A stretch of 64,000 nucleotides of DNA from Octopus vulgaris (taxonomy: Eukaryota). Below are positions 55,603 through 64,000 of this stretch, in pieces (positions within the stretch are counted from its first letter, which is position 1; each line of letters begins with the position of its first letter). A model generated the notes under the pieces. It was not told the DNA's origin. It saw only the letters and a program-made list of their open reading frames with translations, and did no database searches. The translations under genes and the position numbers were made by a program. The DNA is taken from contig OX597815.1 in assembly GCA_951406725.2 (NCBI GenBank), positions 181,474,001 to 181,538,000 of the forward strand, given 5' to 3'.

Positions 55603-56423
55603 TACCTTTGGATATCCTTGTTGCTTATTTTGATTATACATGTATATATATACATGTATTTATTTATATATATATGTATGTATGTATATATGTATGTAAG
55701 TATGTTTGCGTGTGTCTGTATGCATATTTATGTCTGTACGTGCGTGATTGGTTACATGGTTACACTGGTGTAAATTGGTTTGCTGGATGACGGTCCATTA
55801 CGCTAAAAAAGGTCATGCTTAAGTATTCCATAGAGTTCGATAAGTATGTACTGGACGATAAAGTAATGGAGTCGGCATGTTCGCTTTGAAGTCAGTGCTC
55901 CAGCATGACCACAGTTCAATGACAAAACCAACAAAAGAATAAAAGAACTATTGTCTACTTTGTTTTGAATTATAATAATCAATAAAACAAAATCTTTCCA
56001 TTAAAGAAATTTCTACTTTTTCCATTCTTGGAGTAATTGTATATATAATAGTTTTGCTACGTGACAACTCGTATATTCACCGCGACATATTTAATTAAGA
56101 CGGAGTCAGTGCATCTTCTCTGGTGAAAAACTGATTCCGCCCAGACACACATTTACTCACCAAAATACACACACACACGCACGTACTTTAATATGTTCAC
56201 ACACATGCATATATGTTTTTACATATAAATGTGTATATACATATATACTGTCATAGTGAAAATTTCTTTCAGCAATATCATTTATATTGTATTACTTTAA
56301 ATTAGCTGTTAGTAAACATCAGACAAAGCAGCGTTCGAATTATCTTGTGATGTTTCCAACTGTTTATTTTATCACATTTTAGTTTTATAAAGAAAGCAGG
56401 GGAAAAAACTATGTTCAGTTTGA

Positions 56424-56479
<56 letters not shown>

Positions 56480-56494
56480 TTTTTCTTATGGTCG

Positions 56495-56555
56495 GATAAC
56501 TGAAGAGATGGCGGCGTGGATTTCCACCTTGGCATCCGAAACTCGGAGTTTTATC
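56495..56555 (+). ncRNA. Type I hammerhead ribozyme motif (family H3)
   Basis: GATAA-CTGAAGA-GATG..GTGG-attt-CCAC..CATCC-GAAA-CTCGGAG-TT-TTATC, inside a ~185-bp unit flanked by (TA)n. Confidence 0.75.
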
Positions 56556-56657
56556 ATGGCTCCCGAATAATTGTCACATATTATATTTACAGATAAATTC
56601 CTCTATTTACATAATATCAAGGTCTCTTTCATTCTTTTGTTGTCTTACCATTTTTAT

Positions 56658-56757
<100 letters not shown>

Positions 56758-57148
56758 CTTAAAAGAGATCTAAGGAAGAATGTTACGATCGAGAAGGTGA
56801 ATGACAATGACCTTTTTGTGTGCACAGTTTGTGACAGACCCCTCCTGTCTTTTGCTGGACTCAAATCTCATTTGTGAACCCAAGGAAAACGAACCTCCAC
56901 CAGCTATTCTGCATATATGTCAGAGCACACCTTTTAATGTAATGTATGCCAGAAGGTTTGCAAATCCAACGGAGGCCTCAAAAAACGTTTTAAGAACTTA
57001 TCTGCAGCATTTGGTGTTCCAAATCGGATATGCAATCTATGTGGGTGTCTTTTCAGAAGATTGTCTGGTTTAAAAATCCACATCAGATGCCATGATGGTG
57101 CTAAGGTTTAGATACTGGAGGTGGTTAAACTGTATAAGGAGTAGACAA

Positions 57149-57152
<4 letters not shown>
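56758..57152 (+). mobile_element. Probable RTE/BovB-like LINE 3' end with three decayed C2H2 zinc fingers
   Basis: FVCTVCDRPLLSFAGLKSHL*T, F*CNVCQKVCKSNGGLKK, ICNLCGCLFRRLSGLKIHIRCH. No TGEKP linkers; short 3' UTR into (TA)n. Confidence 0.65.
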
Positions 57153-57194
<42 letters not shown>

Positions 57195-57419
57195 TATTAT
57201 AACCCGATTTCATTCTTGTCTACTCAGGCCACATTTTAAAGATCCAATTGAGCAAACTCAAAGGTGCCATGCCATCTCCCCAGCACTTTTAACATAGGTG
57301 TGCAAATTTTCAGCTCAATCCGACCACATTTACAAACACTTTTGCCTGCACAACTGCTTGCGAGACAACGCCCACCCTTTTTACAAATATATAGATGTGT
57401 GTGTGTATGTGTGTGTGTT

Positions 57420-57454
<35 letters not shown>

Positions 57455-57821
57455 CTACAGGAAAAGCTGTGGTGTGCAGAAGAATTTAGAAAGTTGTATT
57501 TCTAGGAAGAAAAGATAGGGGTTATACTTCGTGAGGAATCTGTTAGGAAGTCAGAGTGACACTCGTATTTTACCTTACCCTTCTGACGACTATAGAATCT
57601 TTTTTCCACTCTATCGATTAGTCCTTATCGACCTCAATTCCCTGCAAGGCCTCTTTATCACTCCTTTACCCACCTTCTTCCCAGATTTTGTTTCCAACGT
57701 GTACATCTATCTTATTATCCTTATGACATTTTTTTCTTTTTCTGAAATTTATTCTATTTATTACGGAGATTTACTTGCATAGCAAGTGACCTGATCTGAG
57801 ATCATGTGCTGGAACGAAAAC

Positions 57822-58059
57822 AATTGCAGCGTAGAAGGTGTTTATAAGCCATTTAAGAAACACACAAAACCGTTAGATTCACTTCGACATATAAATTTAA
57901 TTTGCCAAAATGTTTTCGTCGCTTTGAGACTGCGACCTGTTCATTGACAAATTTCCGTGCAGATTGGAAATATTTTTGCAAATTAAATTTAAATGTTGAA
58001 GTGAATCTAATGGTTTTGTGTGTTTCTTAAATGGCTTATAAACACCTTCACGCTGCAAT
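57822..58059. repeat. ~82-bp inverted repeat (Penelope-like pLTR inversion)
   Basis: 57822-57904 is the reverse complement of 57978-58059, with a few mismatches. Confidence 0.85.
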
Positions 58060-58356
58060 TTATTCTGACTATTCTTGGAACCATTTTGACAATGAACTCT
58101 CATCCAACATTTGCATCCTTATTTTTTATTCTCTCCCACCTTTTATTCTCTACCCATCGACGTCCACTTCCAACATTACTCAAACGACCTTATACTGGAT
58201 CCTTCCTTTCACCTGAGCTCAACCAGTCCAGGTTGCGTATATGGGCGTTGGAATATCTTCTTCGCTACTAAGAGCAGATTCACGTCAACGAGTAATGACC
58301 AATTTGACTGCTAACTGGGTAATGTCGCCCGTAGAAGGAATACAACAATGAACATT

Positions 58357-58518
58357 AGGAGTGGCTGTGTGGTAAGTAGCTTACTTACGAACCACATGGT
58401 ACCGGGTTCAGTCCTACTGCGTGGTACCTTGGGTAAGTGTCTTCTACTATAGCCTCGAGCCGACCAAAGCCTTGTGAGTGGATTTGGTAGACGTAAACTG
58501 GTAATAGCCCGTCGTATG

Positions 58519-58556
<38 letters not shown>

Positions 58557-58602
58557 AAATTGTATTTCTGTATATATATATATATATATATTGTCTCTAA
58601 TA

Positions 58603-58694
<92 letters not shown>

Positions 58695-58925
58695 TGTATG
58701 TATGTGTGTATATGTTTGTATGTCTGTGTTTGTCCCCCCAACATCGCTCGACGACCGATACTGGTGTGTTTATGTCCCCGTAACTTAGCAGTTCCGCAAA
58801 AGAGACCGATGGAATAAGTACTAGACTTACAAAGAATAAGTCCTGGGGTCGATTTGCTCGACTAAAGGCGGTGCCCCAGCATGCCCACAGTCAAATGACT
58901 GAAACAAGTAAAAGGGTAAAAGAGT
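58357..58925 (+). mobile_element. SINE family C with expanded internal microsatellite
   Basis: Head and tail intact; the internal (TA)n/(TAGA)n region is about 200 bp. Confidence 0.9.
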
Positions 58926-60010
58926 ACCAATGTCCGATTTCTGTACGACGGGGAACCTTACGGCAGTGACTCGTCTCCCACGTATTCCAGGAGACCACCA
59001 TTTGTGTCCTCCTACAGTGTTCCTATCATGCACTGTTAACAAAGTCCTGCAAAGGAGATAACTCCCCATAAATAAAACCGGTAGTGCACCACAGAATATC
59101 ACAGACGTATGTGTGTATAGAATGCAAATGTAAGCGAATGTGGAAATATGTCAATAAGTCTCTGAATGAGATGTGACTTGAAGCAAATTCTGAAATAAAT
59201 AACAGGCAATACGTTGAGTTAAAACCCACTGGATTGAGAAACTGTGAAAAATCAACCCGCTAGACTTGTGTTACGTGTTTTCTATAGGCAAACGTTCCAT
59301 CATGGTTTATTTATAATACTGTATAGTTTTAGTAGCTAATATTAAGTACGTGTAGTTATATTATTAGGTCGGAATTCACCTTTAGAAGAAAAACAGCATA
59401 AACATTATAATCAATATCATCGATTAGTGTAAATATTTACTGATCCTGAGAATATGCGATAAAAATTGACTGTAATCGATTTTGTAGATGTAAGAGAGTG
59501 ATGTCAATCGCTTTATGCTACAGGAATACATATGGGTCTGTATTTATGAGTATAAATGTATAAACGAATAAGAAAAATAGTTGTACGTAGTTCATGAAAG
59601 CTTACGAGCGGCAGGGAATCATACGGAGAAAATATTCAAATGTTTAATCTTTTGAGCAAGCGACCCAAGTGTTTTAATCTTTTTCGTTCGGTTAATATTT
59701 GCAGTCGAAACGTGCTAATAAGCAGGAGGAGTGGATAATTAACAAACTGATGCACAATAACTGCAATAAACTTCAAACCGCAGCAGCGATTTCTGATAAA
59801 CTGTGGAAAATTAAAAAGGCTAACAGGAAGTCATATACAGCCAGTTTTTCAGTCCTTGATATTATTTCCCGCTGTATATTCATTACTCTGATATAGAGGG
59901 AAATAACGGTAAATAGATTTCCGATCAAAATATTTCCTATCATGTTATCGATTGTAAGATTATTAAAATATTTCTGTGATAGCATAAATTGTTGATCACG
60001 AATATATCCT

Positions 60011-60317
60011 CATCATTACCACCACCACCACCACCACCACCACCGACCACAACTACCTCCACCACTGCGACCATGATGATGATGATCATCATCATCATCG
60101 TCGTCGTCGCCGTCACCATAATCATCATCATCATAGATGTCTTGTTTTATACGAATAACAAAACAAATAACAAAAATTATGATTGTGACGAAGATATCAA
60201 TAACAGCATTCTGTTCCATCATCTTTACCATGCTAGTAAAAGTACTGATGATAATAACGGTGATGATGATGATGATGATGATGATGAGGGTGATGATGAT
60301 GATGATGATGATGAGGG

Positions 60318-60358
<41 letters not shown>

Positions 60359-60568
60359 GTGATGATGATAATAACGATGATGATGATGGTGGTGGTGGTG
60401 GTGGTGATGATGATGGTGATGATGATAATAACGATGATGATGATGGTGGTGGTGGTGGTGATGATGATGGTGATGATGATAATAACGATGATGATGATGG
60501 TGGTGGTGGTGATGATGATGATGATGATAAGGATGATAAGGGTGATGATGATGCTACCAATGATGATA

Positions 60569-60613
<45 letters not shown>

Positions 60614-60636
60614 CTACCGATGATGATGATGCTACC

Positions 60637-60699
<63 letters not shown>

Positions 60700-60880
60700 G
60701 ATGATGAGGATGATGGTGAAGACGACGATGATGATGATGATGATAACGATGATGATAATGATGGTGATGATGATGATGACGACGATGACGACAACGATGA
60801 TGATGATGATGATGATGGTGATAGCAATTGCGACAATATTGATGATGGTAAATAATAATGAAGATGATAATAACTAATGA
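60011..60880. repeat. (GAT)n/(GGT)n compound trinucleotide satellite
   Basis: Direct reading; a ~54-bp higher-order unit is repeated three times at 60350-60520. Confidence 0.96.
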
Positions 60881-62097
60881 TGGGCAAGTTGGTGCTTCAA
60901 AACGAAATTTCAAAAAAAAAAAAAACAGAAGAGAAAAAAAGAAACCTTCAGTTCTAATGTTACACAGAAATTAGCATTATTCAACAGTATCCGCCTAAAT
61001 TTGATTGAGAAACCTGGAGAGAATCACGCACACACAAAAAGTAATAACCGAAGTAGAATGCCGTTAACAACCTAATTCATAATAAATAAAGTTAGAATAT
61101 ATAAACGGCAAACACTGTCTAATAAACCTATAATTTTAGCAATAGTTTCTAATTTCAAAATAATTAAGTTTTTATTTATTTGTCCTGTCAAGTATGTTTG
61201 CAGATTTTGACGTAAGTCATTGAGTAATGCGCTTCATGTGTTTATTGAAGAATATAAAATCGTTAAATAACAACGAACTAAAAAATAAACATGCCATTCA
61301 TTTTAAGATTTAAATGTTTGAATATGAAATAAATTTTTACAAATAATATTTGTAATGCAGCAAAATATTTTACAAATGATAGTTTTAATTTAACAAAACT
61401 TATTTTTTTACAAATAATAATATTTTTAATGCAACAAAATTTATGTTTTGCAAATAATGTTTAATTACAAAAGAACTTAGACACAAGAACTTTTTATTCA
61501 ATTTCCATTATTATTTTTTTTTGTCATGAATATTGTGAACCAATAATATTTTTTCTTCATGCGTTGATCCATTACTGTCATTCCTATAAGCACTAGTTTG
61601 CATTAGTACAATGAGCGTTAATCTAACTAGTGTCTTTGGAATACCTGCAAAGTATAATTTCTTTATTGGAGAGAAAACGCATCTCTAATCTTAAGTCCCT
61701 TCAAGCATGCGAGAGTTAACAGCCAAATCTCTATCGGAAGGCATCTTACAGTATTAAGAAAAAAGGACACGATGAACAATGCGCATAAACTTGTATGTCA
61801 TTTGCTTAGGAAAAAGACAGTGAGATGACAATTGTAACGTATTTGATCAGAGATCTGTTCAATAAGAACTGACCTGGGGCTAAACAATCGATCTTAATCC
61901 ATGATTTCCATTGTAAACAATAATGCTAAAAACTACTGCAATATTTCATTTGTCTTCAGTGATATTACAGTAAAGTAGGCTGGCAGATTAAATGCATTGC
62001 TGAACATAGGCCAACGAGTCATTGTGCCTTCCTCTTCATCGGAAATATATAATATATACACGAGGCACATACTGGAATTGATATAATCACAAATACT

Positions 62098-62330
62098 TAA
62101 GGCGGCGAGCTGGCAGAAACATTAGCACGCCGGGCGAAATGCGTAATCGTATTTCGTCTGCCGTTACGCTCTGAGTTCAAATTCCGCCGAGGTCGACTTT
62201 GCCTTTCATCATTTCGGGGTCGATAAATTAACTACCAGTTACGCACTGGTGTCGATGCAATAAACTTAATCCTTTTGTCTGTCCTTGTTTGTCTCCTCTG
62301 TGTTTAGCCCGTTGTGGGTAGTAAAGAAAT
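62098..62330 (+). mobile_element. SINE family B monomer
   Basis: 17-bp TSD ATATAATC(A/C)CAAATACT at 62081-62097 and 62331-62347. Confidence 0.93.
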
Positions 62331-63010
62331 ATATAATCCCAAATACTCCTGTTTATCTTAGGCCAGTATGATACCCACTATGGCTTCTATATTATCCTCA
62401 TGGAAAGCAAATTTTTGACTGGACTATTACGTTTGAAGTTGTTAGAGGAAAGAATGAATATTTACATCCAGTATATAATGCAAATTTTGACTGCCGTTCT
62501 TTTAGATTATTCAATATGTCCTGCTTTTTAAGACAACAGTTGTGAATCTAAAAGGAAGCAAAATAAGGCATTTAACATAGTAATATATTGTTTTTCAGAA
62601 GTTGGACACTTATTCCTATCGCATTTTAATCCAAAGTCGTCAATACCCTGAATAATGACTCTTCTCAAATTCACCTGATGCCTAATTTACATGTATTATA
62701 ATGATTAATTAATAAGCTTCAAATCTCGAGCAAACTATAGCTTTTCTCACGTATATGGTTCGAAGATATGATTAATGCTGTCAAATGTGAATACTTTTTA
62801 GTAGACAACTGAAAATCTGTTGTATCCAACGAATAGCTATCGAGAGAATAATAGATTTTATACTTTATTTTACCATTTGCTTGATCTGCTTTAGGATAAA
62901 ATATGAATAGACGTGGCCGACACATCACAAAATGAAGGAAAGAGGAGTAGATAGTGTGGTTAATATGAAAGAAATATATAGGCAGACAAAGAGGTAGACA
63001 GATAAAGCGT

Positions 63011-63076
<66 letters not shown>

Positions 63077-63153
63077 AATAGATAGATAGACAGATAGAAA
63101 TAGGTAGATAGATAGATAGATAGACAGATAGAAATAGGTAGATAGATAGATAA

Positions 63154-63186
<33 letters not shown>

Positions 63187-63221
63187 CAGACAGATAGAAA
63201 TAGGTAGATAGATAAATAGAG

Positions 63222-63265
<44 letters not shown>
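63011..63265. repeat. (TAGA)n/(CAGA)n microsatellite
   Basis: Direct reading. Confidence 0.97.
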
Positions 63266-63266
<1 letters not shown>

Positions 63267-64000
63267 TGTTTCTTTATTAGCCACACAGGGCTGCATACAG
63301 ATAGAACAAATTACAAGGTAAAGCTTTTCTTTTGAAGGTTTTAAAAAAAAAAAAAAAAGGAAAGGAAGGGGGAGTTTCGATCAAAAGGGATCGTAAAAGG
63401 AGAGAAAGTGGACAAAAAAAGGGGGGTTAAAAAAAGGGGGAGAGGAAAAAAAAAATTGATCAATAGGGATCGTTATCACAGAAATGTCAATATGAAGTGT
63501 AAAGGGGAGGACAGGTGAGGTTTACCCGTGGAAAGAAAAGCCTACGGAATAGACCACGGTAACCTCGGTCAATGGAGTCACATGTTATATTTCTTTTTTT
63601 TTTTTTTTTGCAAATAAGCAACTCTCTGTTTTCAATTTCTGCGTTCATAGGATCATGCTCAAGGTGGCTTCGTCATTCATACGTGCCATTCTTGCTACAT
63701 TCACCCATCTTTTTTTAAAACGTTCGCTAGACAAAACTTGCCTCTCTACTCTCACTTTCCTTTTCAAGTGGTATTTGAAGAAGTTGATGAGAGATTGACC
63801 AGAGAGGAAAGTGTTTGTCTCCAATCCTTTCAGACGCGTCCACCAGATACATTCTTTCGCCATAGCCACAAGGATGATGAAAATAGCTCTTCCTTCCCGT
63901 TTGAAGGAGGGAGGCGTGACAATATTAACGATAGACTCAGCTGATAAACCGACTCGTCCCACACGTGACAGCAGTTGTTCGACACAAGCCCACAGGTCGG
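63266..64000 (-). mobile_element. Tx1/L1-clade LINE 3' end (continues beyond the window)
   Basis: Open frame DLWACVEQLL...AMAKECIWWTR...ERFKKRW...SMIL* (to 63645), like an ORF2 end after the CCHC motif. 3' UTR ends AATAAAGAAAC directly into (ATCT)n. Confidence 0.8.

Noticed and set aside
59989-60855. 288-aa Asp-rich ORF resembling an acidic biomineralisation protein
   Set aside because: All frames and both strands are open because of (GAT)n. The apparent hydrophobic segment is (ATC)n, the start is non-ATG, and a similar tract occurs at 43.6 kb. It is a microsatellite unless RNA or proteomic data show otherwise.

Overview
AT-rich, repeat-dense eukaryotic non-coding DNA. The tRNA/CORE-type SINE families, the dense (TA)n/(CA)n/(TAA)n/(GAT)n microsatellites and the LINE repertoire fit a coleoid cephalopod such as Octopus; this is an inference. 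I found no intact host protein-coding gene. Nearly all ORFs in the track are microsatellite or SINE read-through. What is present: 5'-truncated LINEs (Dong/R4, HERO-like, CR1-like, RTE, Tx1/L1), at least four SINE families (several copies with clear target-site duplications), mariner, pogo and hAT remnants, and Helitrons. The most striking structure is a ~6.7 kb palindrome (about 48415-55076) built from a microsatellite-filled Penelope/retrozyme-like element that carries six copies of a type I hammerhead ribozyme motif. Two unrelated hammerhead motifs (55513-55602, 56495-56555) and a hammerhead-like fold (about 57900-57953) follow it. Other notable signals are LINE-SINE shared 3' ends, SINE multimers inside a single target-site duplication, LINEs sitting in microsatellites, and a ~96-nt hairpin. 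All alignments and folds were made by eye; no database search was run.
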